NCBI GenBank assembly: GCA_013239625.1
Contig: MU055549.1
Coordinates: 1 to 64,000 of the forward strand
From: Lama guanicoe
Lineage: Eukaryota
Direction of reading: 5' to 3'
Length of the DNA stretch: 64,000 nucleotides
Position 1 is the first letter of the stretch. The number at the start of each line of letters is the position of its first letter. Positions 24,951 through 37,415 of this stretch are shown here, one piece after another. The notes under the pieces were generated by a model. It was not told the origin of the DNA and did no database searches. It saw nothing but the letters and a program-made list of their open reading frames with translations. The position numbers and the translations under genes were made by a program.

Positions 24951-25640
24951 CTTAAACCTAACTCTAACCCTAATCCTCTAACACTGTAACCTATAACCCT
25001 GATCCTTTGACATCTAAGCCTAAACTCTACCAACTCTAACCCCAGACCCTTAGACCTTGGACTATGACCCCTCAGCTCTAAACCTTGACCCTCTAACCCT
25101 GACTCTCTAATCCTGACCCATGACTCTAAACCCTGACCCTGATGCCAGACCTAAACCCTAGCCCTAGTCTAGCTCTGACCCCTGACCCCCACCACTGACC
25201 CTGACCCTGGATGCTGAGCCACAGCCCAACCCTAGATCCTAATCCTGACCCTAATCTCTATCCCTGACCCTAACCCCTAACCCCAGGAAGTCTGTACAAC
25301 AGGATGAGCTCTATTTTTAAGGGTCATTTGAACCTTTGGTCTGTCCAGATCTTGCCTAAGTCAGTTCATTCCCAAACAAGTGGCCCCAGAAGCAAGGAGA
25401 TTATGGTCCACTCTGCCATAGTTCGTGTCGGTGGTCCCTGACTTGAACCATGGTCTTGGGTGGGAACCACCATGGCTTCAGCCACTAATTCCTATCCCTG
25501 TCTCTGACCTTGATACTGATCCTAACAATGAAAAGTTACCCTGAATCTGGCCTCTCACATTGACTCTTGACCCTTTCCCTGACAGTGGCCCAGGCTGACT
25601 TTGATCCTTAATCCTAACGCTCTGTGACTTTTCATAACCT
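24951..25640 (+). repeat. Degenerate interstitial telomere-like array (CCCTAA/CCCTGA variants)
   Basis: Dense 24951-25285 ('taaccctaat', 'ccctgaccctga', 'ccctaacccctaacccc'), sparser to ~25640. Confidence 0.8.
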
Positions 25641-26049
25641 TATCCATATCATGTGAGCTACGGATTTGTAGAAGGCGTATTCACCTTGATGCGACAGTTC
25701 AAGATTTGGCCCTTTGGAAGGGTGCAATTGGTAGAGGTGACAGCCTTTGTAAACGCTTAAGGTAGGTCTGAGCCTATTTGTCTTGAGGAAGGAGGCTGTT
25801 GACTTGAGCAGAGTGAGTGAGGGGAAGCTCAGCCAGGTTGGGTTTTGACAGATTAAATGAAATAATCTGGTACCATGAGAAAAGTAACTGTTCTGGCACA
25901 GGAAGCCCTCGTAACTCGTTAGTTCTTGTTTGCTATTACTAGTCCCAGTCTACAGATGAGGAAAGTTGAAGTCAGTTCTTAGAGCAGGGCTTTGCACGTG
26001 CTCAAAGCTGCTCCTCACACTTGCTACTGTCGTGATTGGATCCCACCAA

Positions 26050-27740
26050 CAAGTGAGGAAAGCGAGGGGCGGGACGTCTCGGAACAGGATTTCTGCAGAT
26101 GTGACGACGACTGAGGCTAGTAATGACACCTGCGCGGCCTGCACCCAGGTTCACCGGCCTCCCCAGAAACGTGAATTTTGTCCCGTCCGCGCAGGCAGGG
26201 AGCCCGGCAGCCTGGCTGAACCCTCACCTAAAGTCACCTAAGGTCCACCATGGCCTTCCTGGACCCACAGGGAACGCGGCAGGCACGCAGCCCTGCCCGC
26301 TCCACAGATCTGACACCGTCCACCCCTCAGCCCTGCCTCCAGTGAGGACGCATCGCGTTAAGCAGGGCCAAAGTGAGATCACGCTGGGAGGAACAAGGGT
26401 CTCGCTCCACCCTTGCGTTTTCCTCTGCATCGGCCGAGAAGAGTGGCCAAGTCTGATGGGGCCGACACACAGCCTCGCTCCAGAGTGCCCCTGCGGAGTC
26501 TTTGAGCAAACCGGCAACCTCTCCTAAGTGGGCAGAGATGGGAATCAAACCCGGTTTCCTACCGCCAGGCGCAGGCACGCTTGCCCACGCGGGCGACGTC
26601 ATGTGGGGCTGGCCCTCAAGAGACCTCTGCGCGTGCGCAGGTCGCCGGCTCCCCAACGGGCCAGCCCCAAGCCTGGAAGACCGCCTGCTCTGCGCCTGGG
26701 CCCCGCGGCTCAAGCATGCACACTGGCGCCTGCCCGGCCGTCTCCCCTGTGGCCCGCTCTCGAGGGAATGCGGCGCGGAGCACACTGCGCAGGCGCGCTG
26801 CAGGATGCCCCGCCCCCGGCGCGGGTTCCATCCAATCTCAGTGGAGGCGCCAGACGCCTGGAGCCCACGAACTGACAGGAGATGGCCTCCCTGCCGGGGC
26901 CTTCCGGCACGGAGTCAGCGGGAGCCATGGGCCGGGCTGACGAGGCCAGAGGTAGTGCTGGGCCCGGAGGCCTTCGGTGGGGGCCGGGCTGTAGACGGGC
27001 TGGGCGGGCAGAAAGCGCGCGCAGGCGGCCTTTTCCTCAGAGTCCGGGGGGTCGTGAGGAAAAATTATTTTCAGCCGCTTTGGAAGGGTCTGGGCGGCTC
27101 CGCCTGCTGTTTGCTGAAGGAGCTCGACGTAGGCAGGGGTCAGCCCTCCGAGTTGATCCTGCGCCTCCACAGGCTTCCCAGCCGAGGGCCGTCCCCGGGG
27201 CTCCCACCTGACGGTCCCTGCCCGGGCAGTTCTCAGCGGCGGTGTGCCGCGAGCCCGGGTCCGGGCCTCACGTTTTTCCGTCCTGACACCGGCCATTGAG
27301 TGATGGCGTCCACCTCACCGGGAGAGGGGGACGTGGCAGTTCATTTCAGTTTAAAAGTTTTTCGAAATTACAGCCCAGCATAGAGGAGAGGCGTGAAAAA
27401 CATCCCAGAGGGGCGTGCGCCTGGGCGCTGCACGGGGGTGGGGAGGGCTGTGCGGGGCGCCAACCCGCGGCCGGTTGACCTGCCCTTGTCGCCCCCGCCC
27501 CGCGTTCCGGCCTGCCGTGAGCAGGAGGCCAGGACGCGCCCTCCACACCTGCCGGCCGCGGGGCCGCTCTGGCACGAGGCGGGTGCTCCGTGCGCGGTTC
27601 GTGAGGTAAACGGCACAGATGGCTTGCTGGGACTAGGGCGTGGCACCCAGCGACAACCTCAGTGAGGGACAAGAGAAAAGCAGGACAGATGCATAGCGAT
27701 CCTTTTCTTAAGCACCTACTGCGGCCGCCGCTGTGCTAAA
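26050..27740. promoter_or_regulatory. CpG island / SYCE1 promoter
   Basis: High GC and CpG density around exon 1. NRF1 motifs at 26628-26639 (TGCGCACGCGCA on -) and 26786-26797, GC box ~26807, CCAAT ~26832, CRE-like GACGTCA ~26595. Confidence 0.85.
26882..26951 (+). CDS. SYCE1: SYCE1 exon 1 ([23 protein letters not shown])
   Basis: ATG in gagATGG context, donor G|GTAGTG, phase 1. Confidence 0.85.
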
Positions 27741-30700
27741 GAAACTCAGTATCCGAGTTTCAAGTTCCTCACATAAACTAACATTCAGGTGAAGGTTTAA
27801 CCAGCTTCACCCGTGTCTTAAAGCTGATGAAATACCAGATTCTGGGTGGCTTATAAACGTCGGTTTTATTTCTCACAATTCTGGAGGTTGGAAGCCCAAA
27901 ACAAAGGCACCAGCAGATTCAGTGTGAGGTGAGGACCAGCTTCCTGGCTCCTAGATGTCCTCTTCCCGCTGTGCCCTCACGGGGCAGAAGGGGCAGGGGA
28001 CCTCTCTGGGGTTGCTTATAAGGCAATAATCCCATTCATTAGGACCACACCTCCTAATATCATTCCCTCAGACATTAAGATTTCAACAAATGAAATTTGG
28101 GGGAACACAAACATTCACTCTATGGCAAGTAACAATGAAATTAAGGGACATTGAGATCCCATTTTCAGCCCATTAGCTTGTTTTAAAAGGGGGCAGTGGT
28201 GCTGTCTAGTGTCAGTGGTACTGTGGAGACACAGCCCTTAGTATACTCAGAGGATAGGAAGACTAGTGGGTAAAGGCTTTGCAGTAGCCCGTCTGGCACA
28301 GATCTTAGCATATAAGTTACTTTTTCCCCCTTTTTGGTCACCATCCTGGAGGATCACACAAAACACATAGATGCATGGACTGGGTGGTCACTGGAGTCTA
28401 GATGGGGGTAGGAAAACATGGGGGGGAAATAGCTAAATCCTGTGCACACTGAGAAATACCTGTAGACTGGATTTCTAAAATGAGGAAGAAATGGAATTAA
28501 AATCCAGTTAACTACATCAACTTTTAAATTATTAGATACATTTATGCAGATACAGCATGATCTTCAAAAGATTATGAAGGGAGGCAAGATGGAAAAATGA
28601 TAATTATAGCACTATGGAGGCTGCACAGAAAGATGTCTGGAAGCTGCCTTCCTAATTGATGACTTTCAGGAAGGAATTTGAATTCTGAGGGCAATGTAGA
28701 GGTGAAAGGACATTTTTTAATTTTAATTTTGTTTTGTCTACTAGAACTATGTGATTAATACTTAACAGAACTTTAAAATGTAAAAGTGAAAGTAGGGGAC
28801 ATTTTAAAAGTTCCATTTGAGGATCATATCTTAATATCTATCACTGTTATTCTCTCAGTTTTAATTTTTTGTACTGTGGTGACTACATAAGGAGAATGTC
28901 CTTGTACTTTAGAACTTCACACTGATATATTTTGGGTAATGAAGCATTGTGTCTGAAACTCATTCTCAAGGCTCAGAAATGTCATCAGATGGAAAAATCA
29001 GGGTAAAGGGCATGTAGAAACTGTGTATCCTATTTCTGCAACTTTTAAGTAAATTTGAAATCATTTAAAAATAAAAAGTAAAAATTAGGGGCCTCATACT
29101 ACACAGGCAGTTTAGTACCCTGGATTTTTTTTTTTTTATTAACAGTGTTTTAGTTGGCGCTTTGAACAGTTATTTACTGCTTTCCCACTCTGTGCCTTAC
29201 CTTACGACATGCAGTATAGAAAAATACAGAGGTACAGCTCACTGCCTAGTCTATTAATAATACCTGGAAAAATGGTTGCTCAGAGAAACTGTAAATGTCA
29301 TTTTTGAGTCACCCAGGGAAATCTATTAACCTTTAAAAATAAAGCCATATGCAGAAGTATGTGATGAAAAGTAAACATTCTCTTACCTATCCTTCCAGTC
29401 CTATCCTTCAGAACTACTGTTGAAAAATCCTTTGTGTGATTCAGGCCAGAAATTCTTTAGACATAGGATTCATATATTTTTAGACTGACAAGGTATATCT
29501 TTCACCTCTTTTTGTAGACAGGTAGGATTCTATATTACACCGTTTCACACTTTCTTTACTTTTATCTATCTAGGATCTCTTTCATTGTTAATACATAAGA
29601 ATCTACCTCCTTTTCAATTGTTGCACAGTATTCTATTGTGGACATGAATCATAAGTTCTCTACTGATGGGCATTCAAGTTGTTTCCCACTTTTGACATAA
29701 ATATTGCTTCAATGTCATTTAACATACCTTTTGCATATTTAGCCAAATATATCTGATGGATTGATTCCTAGAAGTGGAATTATGTCTTCAAAATGTTGAT
29801 GTAGCCAGATTGTCCTACAAAAGGTGGCATCAGTTTCCACCGACTATCAGTGTATATGAGGGCCTGTTTCTCTACATCATCATAAACACAGGGCATTATT
29901 GGACTTACTAGTCTTTACCAACCTGCTAGATATAATATGTTATTTTCATCTCTTTATTACTGAGATCATACATCTTTTCTAATATTTATTAACCATTTGT
30001 GTAGTTTTTGGTTAACTGTTTTCTCCCTTTCTCTGTTCTTCTGTAGAAATAATTATTTACCTTCTCTATATTGATTGATTGATTGGTTGGTTCTTATTTA
30101 TTATTTTTTTTTCTAATGGAGGTACTGCAGATTGAACCCAGGACCTCATGTGTGCTAAATATGCACTCTACACTGAGCTATACTGTTCCCTCCTTGGTTG
30201 ATTTTTAAAAACTTTTTATTATGGAAAATTTTAAGTATTTACAAAAGAACATACAGGAACATGAAAAGATGCTCAACATTGCTAATTACCAGAGAAATGA
30301 AAATCAAAATTACAATGAGGTATCACATCACACCAGTCAAATGGCCATCATCAAGAAGTCTACAAATAATAAATGCTGGAGAGGGTATGGAGAAAAGGAA
30401 ACCCTCCTACTCTGTTGGTGGTGATGAAAATCAGTGCATCCACTATGGAGAACAGTATGGATGTTCCTTAAAAAACTAAAATAGACTCACCATATGACCC
30501 AGCAATCCCACTCCTGAGTGTATATCTGGAAAAGATAAAAACTGATTTCTGATTTTCTAATTCAGAANNNNNNNNNNNNNNNNNNNNNNNNNNNNNNNNN
30601 NNNNNNNNNNNNNNNNNNNNNNNNNNNNNNNNNNNNNNNNNNNNNNNNNNNNNNNNNNNNNNNNNNNNNNNNNNNNNNNNNNNNNNNNNNNNNNNNNNNN

Positions 30701-33700
30701 NNNNNNNNNNNNNNNNNNNTTTGCAGCAACGTGGCTGGACCTAGAGTTTATCATACTAAGTGAGGAAAGTCAGACAGAGAAAGACAAATACCATATGGTA
30801 TCACTTGTATGTACAATCTAAAACAATGATACAAATGAAGTTATTTACAAAACAAATAGACTCACAGATGTAGAAAACAAACTTACGGTTACCAAAGGGG
30901 AAAGCTAGGGAGGGATAAATTCAGATTGGGATTAACAGATACACACTACTAAATATAAAATGGATAAACACCAAGGTCCTATTGTAAGCAGGGAACTCTA
31001 TCCGATATTTGTAATAACCTATAATGGAAAATAATCTGAAAGTATATATGTGTACATACATGTATGTATAATTAAATCACTTTGCTGTACACCTGAAACT
31101 AACAACATTGTAAATCAACTATACTTCAGTTTAAAAATTTTCAAGAACAAAGTATAATTACCCCATGAACTCATCTTTCAGTTTTAACAATTATCAGCTC
31201 TTGGCCAATCTTGTTTCCTCTTTTCCTCACCCACTCCCTACCACCCACTCCACTATTTCATTTCAAAGCATCTCAGGCATAAAAACGTATAAATATTTCC
31301 ATGTATATCTCTAAAAATTAAATACTCTTTTCAGAAAAGTAACCACAGTAGCATTGTCACATCTGAATTATAGCTACAATAATTCCTTTGTTTCATCCGC
31401 TATCTAGTCCATTTTCAAATTTCTCTGATTATGTCATCAATATATTTAAAAGTGTATTTGACTGAATCAAGATTCAAATATAGTCCATTTACTGAGATTG
31501 GCTGATGTATTTTTAATTTCTTTTTGTCTATAAGGGTCTTTGTTTCTCCCTTTCCCCCTGAAATGTATTTAAATGAAAGAAACTGGGTTGTTTTTCTTGT
31601 GAAATTTCCCAGTGTGGATGTTGCTAATTGCATCCCCATGTGTCTTTAAAGTGTTCCTCTGTCCATATGTTTCCTCTGAATTGGTATTTAGATTAAGAGG
31701 CTTAACAAGTATTAGTGTCATTTTCTTGACAAGAATCCTACATTATATTTTTACACCAAATAGCTCATAATGTCCAGTTATCTTTATTGGGTTGTTAATG
31801 CCATTAATACTAGTTGCCTAGATCTAATTCATAAGGGGTTAAAAATAAGTGCCTGTATTGATTATAAGTAAGTATATATGAAATAGTTTACTGGGAGCCT
31901 TCAGAATAATGATTCTATATAGGAAAGCTATTTGTATTTATATATATTTAAATGAGACATCTTATTAAATTTTGTATTCTTGGTGAGTTTTTTTTTTAAT
32001 AAGATTCTCTAGAACTTTCTAGTTGATTATGCCATCTACCAGTTACAGTGACTTCTGACTCCTTGTTTCCAGTTTTTTATACCATTCCTTTTTTTTCTTT
32101 CATTATTACATCCTGAGCTTTAAGCAGTACTAGCAGTAAGAGTGCACACCTTTTCTTGCCCTGAGTTTTATTAAGGGGAAATCTGTGGTGTCATTATACC
32201 CTTTAGGAAAAGCTGACTGTGAAGGGCCCTGATTCATCTCTTGTGTAGTGCCTACCTCAGGTGGAGGAGCAAAGGCAACACTGCCTGGAGACTTGCCCTC
32301 AGCCCACCTCAGTCCCAGCCCAAAGTTGTCAGGTCCTTCCTCAGGCTTTTCCTGCATGATTCTTACATGTTTGGTTTTGTCTCCACAGGGCGGGCTGAGT
32401 CCTCACAGAAAATTGAAGACTTGATGGAAATGGTGAAGAAGTTGCAGAAAGGTCACATGTCTCTTCTATAACTGAGGCTCAGTCTGAGGTTTGGGGTCAG
32501 GCAGAAGTGGAATTCATTCCAGGCCCCACAATTCACAACCTTGGGATGTAACTCATTTGCTCTCTCCTACTTCTACTTTTTTGAAGTAAAAATATGACCC
32601 TATGGTTCAAAATTAAAGTGTAAGGAGATAAAGGCAGTCCCTTGATGGCCATCCATTTGGCTCTCACTGCACTCTGTTTAATCCAGGTTTTCACTTTTTC
32701 CTCCCTTCCCTGCACCTCCGCTCTGCTCCTCTCTGCTTGCTGACCAGGCACCTTCCAGACGTGTTCCTACCACAGGGAATGCCTTTGCACTGTCTCCCAC
32801 GCCTACCAGGGGAACTGCAAGGCCTACCCACCTCACTTGATTTGGGGCCTTCAGGAGGTCTCATCATATCTGAAGATGCACATCCACTCCTTCACTTTTT
32901 AATCTGTTGCCCCACTATTTCTTTTGACTGCAGTTACCACAACTTGACTCTGTATTTTTGTTTATCTGTTCCTGTCTCCCCTACCCAGAATGTTAGCCCC
33001 TGGAGGGCACCCACCACTCTCTGCCCTGTCTCTCATCTTCACTCAACTTTGTTTTCTGCCTGCAGCGGGAAGCCTAGAGCCCAGGGTTGAGGTCCTGATT
33101 AACCGGATTAATGAGGTTCAGCAAGGTGAGATCAGGACTTTGGCTTGTCAGCCAGGATCAGTTACATGATTTGCAGGGCCCAGTGCAAAATGAAAATCCA
33201 GGGCCCCTTGCTGAAAATTACTAAGTATTTTGAAACAGCAGAGCAATAAGCCAGGCATGGCTCCAGCTCAGTACAGCTGCCATAGTCACTGCTGCCAGCT
33301 GAGCCCCAAGAGAAGGGCTTAGGCCCTGGAAGCCTCATTTCCTGCTCTGTAAAATCTGGGCCCCTCTAGGTTTGCGTGAAGACAAATGTTAAGTGTTTGC
33401 AAGAACAGACACTTACACAATGTCCTGCTCTTTGGCACAGCAAAAAAGAAAGCCAGTGAGGAGCTGGGGGAGGCCCGGACTGTCTGGGAGGCCCTGCAGA
33501 AGGAACTGGACTCATGTAAGCTTGTCAGGGGTCACCCAGAGATCCCCTTAATGTCATGCCTCCCTGAACCCTGTGTTGCAGACAGTCAGCATCCTTGTGT
33601 GGCCAAAGGCTCCTGCCCCCTCCCTGACCTCAGGTCCTACCCATATCCCCACTCCCACTCTGTGGGTGAGAGTGTTCCTGAAACACCCTCCAAGCTTACT

Positions 33701-36700
33701 CCTACCTCAGGTCCTTTGCTAGCCAGGTTCCCCAGATAATACAGATTCCTGCTGCTTCACAGCATCATTCAGCTGTCAGCTCAGATGTCGCCTCCTCAGA
33801 GAAGCCTTCCCCAGTGACCAACAGCACCCTGCCTGCACCTAGTCACATGGCCCTTACTGCTTGATGTGTTTTTCACAGCCCTTATCCCACTTCATGTGAT
33901 GTCTTTATTTTTTCTCTCCCCTCCATGTAAACGTACTGGCATTCCACGGGGTCCTCACAAACATCCTTTATCAACTTCTGGGCACTTTGGTGCTTACAGG
34001 GAGTGCGCAAGAGGGGAGGGCCCACGTTTGAGGTTAGGGGTATGGCTTTACCAAACTGCCCATGTGACTGGGCAAGCCCAGTCCCTGAGGGTGCAGTGCG
34101 TGGTTCCTGATGCCTGACTGTTATCGTGTTTTCCAGTGAATGGAGAGAAAGTGCACCTGAAAGAGATCTTGAGCAAAAAGCAAGGTAATTGCAGCTACTC
34201 TATCTCTAGGGTTCTGCCTTTGCCACCCTGCAGAAGCCCACTCTCAGTAGCAGTGGAAGCCTTTGAAACCTGAATCTCCTTGGCATCCCTCGTGTGGCTT
34301 CCACCAGCCATGCAGTACATGTCCCATCAGCTGTCCACAGGACCCCACGTGATCCGGCCCGTTTACCTCTGCCCAAGCCTTGCGCCTTGATGGGCTCTGT
34401 GGCACCCTCACTTCCTCCCCCTGCAGAGACCCTGAGGACCCTCCGGCTCCACTGCCAGGAGAAGGAAGCTGAGGCACAGAGGTAAGAGCTGCCACCTGGG
34501 CCTGCTCCACGCTGCCCCTTCATTCTGGTAAAGAAAGTGACGGGAATCGGTCTCAGACCCACAGCTCTCATCCTCTCCCTTTGTAAAGTGGGTGTCTTCC
34601 CACTTTGCTCTAACAGTACTCTCTCACTCAATGGGATCACCATTCATTTGCCTGAACATCAGTTAAATTCCTTCAGCTGGTTTTTATTCTGTGCCTTTTA
34701 TACTTTCCACAGGCGTGTTGGCTATCTGTTCACGCATCTGTCCATCTGTCCCTTTATTGAGGCATCAAGCCAACCATCTGTCCTCCTAGTCTCTCCATTC
34801 ATCCATCATCCTTCCATCCACCCAGCTGTTTGTGCATCCATCTCTCTACCTCCCAAATGCTTATTCTACTCCTTTTGTGACCAGAGGCCCCAAGATTGAA
34901 ACTTTGAGAAATCCATGAGATTAACTGTGCATTTGACCATCCCCACCCTGATCTCCCTAAGCTTCACAGTGATATTTTCAGGGGCGTGTTCTTATGCCCC
35001 CGACCCCCCCCCCACACACACACACAGTTACAGAGAAGGACCTCAAATCTAGAAGGCTAGAACAGACTTCAGTAGAAGAAGGCAGAAGCCCTACCCCAGC
35101 TGCCTCCTAGGGAGACATTCAGAAAACATGAAGAGCTACCTTGCCTCTTGCCAGGAAGCAGACCATGCTGCAGGAGTGCAAAGATCGAATTTCTGCCCTG
35201 AACTCTCAGATTGAGGAAGAAAAGAACAAACAGAGGCAGCTGAGGTAAAGGCCACTGCCCAAGGCCTGGTGGGCTGGGCTGGGTTGTAAGAGGGTAATAC
35301 TAGGAATGAGGGTTAGAAGAGGAGCTGGCTGAGCTGAGGCTTGGAGGGTCCAGGTGGCAAAAAGTGCGCCCAGCAAAGCAGAGAGTGTGGGAGAGCTCCC
35401 CTAGGTCTGTGCGTGAAGACCCCTGGCCTGGGCCAGTTTGGGGAGGGGTGTCTCTCAGCCCATGGCCCCTCATCCTGTGTGGTTGGTCCCCAGGTTGGAT
35501 TTTGAGGAACAACTGGAGGATCTGATGGGCCAGCACAAGGACCTCTGGGAGTTCCATGTGAGTCACTCAGAGCCACTCCTTCCACCTTCCACATCTTACC
35601 TGGCAGCATCAGGCCCATAACTCAGGGTCATCCTCCTGGCCTCCTTCCTCTCAATTGCCACAGCCAGCTCCTGAGCAAGCCCTGATGGCCACATACCAGA
35701 ATCATGCTCAGTCCAGGTCCTCATCACGCTCGCTGCCACCTGGTCATCCTCCTCACTGGTCCTGCCTACTCATCCCTGATGCCCTCCCAGGCCTTTAGTG
35801 GTCAGGAGGAGCCCTGATGAACCAAGGAAGGTGCATTCATCAGGGAGATCATGGGTGTGTGTGGGGCCGTCACAGGCACAGGGCAGGCAGTGGGGAGCCA
35901 AGCAGGCCAGTGTTTGCCACCCGAGAATCCCAAACAAGAAGACAGAGTGAATGTCAGGATGGAAGGCCTCAGTGAGGAGGTCACAGAGGAAAGAGGAGGA
36001 GCTGCAGTGCTGGGCAGGTAACTGACTCTCCAGAGAACAGTCTCAATTTGTACTGTTTGCAGGATCCCCTGTAGTACATACTCACCCGAGGGCTGACCTC
36101 AAACCTTGCAGAATTGCTGAACTTAACCAGCTCATGAGCCACTCCAGCACTGCACCACAGGTATCTGAGGGGAAGCAGTTCAGGCAGAGGGAATGGCAAA
36201 TGCAAAGGCCTCAAGGCTGGACCATGCCTAGCAAACACAGAGGGCCAGAGCAGTAGGAAACGAGGTGTGCTGAGTAAAGACCAGATCCAGATCGACTTCT
36301 CTGAGGCACATGGGAGGAAGCCAGGATATGTGAACAGGCCTCCTTTCTACCCTTCAGAAGCCAGAGCGGCTGGCCCTGGAGATTGGTGCCTTAGACAGCA
36401 GCAAGGAGCAGTTGCTCAAGGAAGGTGAGGCCTGGCAAATGGGGTTGCCCTGCCCTGCCCAGCCCTGCCCTGCCCATCTGTCTGTCTCTTCCTGCTGCAG
36501 AGAAGCTGGTGGAGGCAAAGCTGGAGGATGTGAAGCATCGTCTGTGCTCCCAGTTTGGAGCCACCGGCTGCTCCGCAATCACTGAGGGACTCTTCCTCCG
36601 CAGTCAGGAGGCAGCCGCTGTGGTGTAAGGCAGGGGTGGGGAGTGGGGAGTGGGGTGGAGGAGGGGGCTGCCAGCACTGATGGCCCCACCCACAGGCATC

Positions 36701-37362
36701 TGTTTGAGGAGGAGAACAGGAAAGCACAGGAGCTCCTGGAGGCTGCTGCCCAGCGCCAGGAGCAGCTGCAACAGAAGTGCCAGCAGCTGCAGCAGAAGAG
36801 GCAGAGGTGGGCACGGAGCCCCTCCCCCCAGTCCCCAAGGGGAAGGTGGCTGAGGGAATCTTTGCTCCTTTCCAGCCTCTGCCTCTTGGTCTCTTCACAA
36901 TCCTACACTTCTTCCTCCCCACCCTCCTACCCCACCCCTGTCTGTCCAGGCTGAAGGAGGAGCTGGAAAAACTTGAGGTGCAGGTCCCTGCTCAAGGCCA
37001 GAGCAAGCAAGAGGAAGGGGCTGGCCCAGGAGAAGCTGTGAGCCTTGGAATTGGGTGCAGGGAGCAGAGACAGCTCATGAAGGGAGCTGGGGGTGGGAAA
37101 GCAAGGAGGGGGTCTGCAGGGTCCTCAGAAGATGGTCTCTTTCGGGGAAGGGCATTCCTGCAGGGACACAGCAAAGGCAAAGGTGTAGAGAGTGGCAGTG
37201 GTGGGGTGGGAAGGGGCAGGACCCATGGAGGTATGGGTACAGGGATGTGAGGAGACTCCCACTTCAGACCCTGACCTCCTGCAGGCCAATCCCAAGCCCC
37301 TTGGAGTCAGTGAGGAGAAGGACCCAGAACTGCCAACCAAGCAGGGCCTGATGCCCTCCTAG
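26882..37362 (+). CDS. SYCE1: Synaptonemal complex central element protein 1 (13 coding exons, 993 nt, 330 aa)
   Basis: join(26882-26951,32389-32451,33066-33125,33441-33515,34137-34184,34427-34481,35155-35244,35494-35557,36358-36424,36501-36624,36696-36806,36950-37037,37285-37362). All introns are GT-AG with consistent phases. Peptides [56 protein letters not shown] and [12 protein letters not shown] match recalled SYCE1. Confidence 0.96.
27812..28127. mobile_element. MaLR MLT1A-like LTR in SYCE1 intron 1
   Basis: 'gggtggcttataaac...atttctcacaattctggagg...atttcaac...aaacattca' matches MLT1A/MST-type LTRs. Confidence 0.7.
30095..30192 (-). mobile_element. tRNA-derived SINE (second copy)
   Basis: 'ggaggtactgcagattgaacccaggacctcatg...gagctatac' is the same family as 7472-7620. 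Confidence 0.8.
30250..31135 (+). mobile_element. LINE-1 3' end (ORF2 C-terminus and 3' UTR)
   Basis: '[22 protein letters not shown]' plus a 3' UTR ending 'cacctgaaactaac..ttgtaaatcaactatacttc'. Confidence 0.9.
30568..30719. other. Assembly gap (N run)
   Basis: 152 consecutive N. Confidence 1.
32389..32451 (+). CDS. SYCE1: SYCE1 exon 2
   Basis: ccacag|GG CGG...AAA G|gtcaca; [20 protein letters not shown]. Confidence 0.93.
33066..33125 (+). CDS. SYCE1: SYCE1 exon 3
   Basis: tgcag|...|gtgaga; [19 protein letters not shown]. Confidence 0.95.
33152..33330 (+). mobile_element. MER45-like hAT DNA transposon fossil
   Basis: 'acatgatttgcagggcccagtgcaaaatgaaaatccagggccccttg' matches the recalled MER45 consensus. 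Confidence 0.7.
33441..33515 (+). CDS. SYCE1: SYCE1 exon 4
   Basis: cacag|...|gtaagc; [24 protein letters not shown]. Confidence 0.95.
34137..34184 (+). CDS. SYCE1: SYCE1 exon 5
   Basis: ttccag|...|gtaatt; [15 protein letters not shown]. Confidence 0.95.
34427..34481 (+). CDS. SYCE1: SYCE1 exon 6
   Basis: ctgcag|...|gtaaga; [17 protein letters not shown]. Confidence 0.95.
35155..35244 (+). CDS. SYCE1: SYCE1 exon 7
   Basis: gccag|...|gtaaag; [29 protein letters not shown]. Confidence 0.95.
35494..35557 (+). CDS. SYCE1: SYCE1 exon 8
   Basis: cccag|...|gtgagt; [21 protein letters not shown]. Confidence 0.95.
36358..36424 (+). CDS. SYCE1: SYCE1 exon 9
   Basis: ttcag|...|gtgagg; [22 protein letters not shown]. 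Confidence 0.95.
36501..36624 (+). CDS. SYCE1: SYCE1 exon 10
   Basis: ctgcag|...|gtaagg; [17 protein letters not shown]...[13 protein letters not shown]. Confidence 0.95.
36696..36806 (+). CDS. SYCE1: SYCE1 exon 11
   Basis: cacag|...|gtgggc; [36 protein letters not shown]. Confidence 0.95.
36950..37037 (+). CDS. SYCE1: SYCE1 exon 12
   Basis: tccag|...|gtgagc; [29 protein letters not shown]. Confidence 0.93.
37285..37362 (+). CDS. SYCE1: SYCE1 exon 13 (last coding exon)
   Basis: ctgcag|GCC AAT CCC AAG CCC...TAG; [25 protein letters not shown]. Confidence 0.88.
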   Translation, partial: ANPKPLGVSEEKDPELPTKQGLMPS

Positions 37363-37409
37363 GCAAGGAGGACCCACCTTGCACTGGTCTTACACCCTGG
37401 GCTCCAGGA

Positions 37410-37415
37410 AATAAA
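37410..37415 (+). terminator. SYCE1 polyadenylation signal AATAAA
   Basis: AATAAA 47 nt after the stop, followed by a GT-rich downstream stretch. Confidence 0.7.

Noticed and set aside
26123-27672. Long overlapping ORFs (e.g. 26502-27299, 265 aa)
   Set aside because: Stop-poor GC-rich CpG island giving Arg/Pro/Gly-rich translations; only SYCE1 exon 1 is supported.
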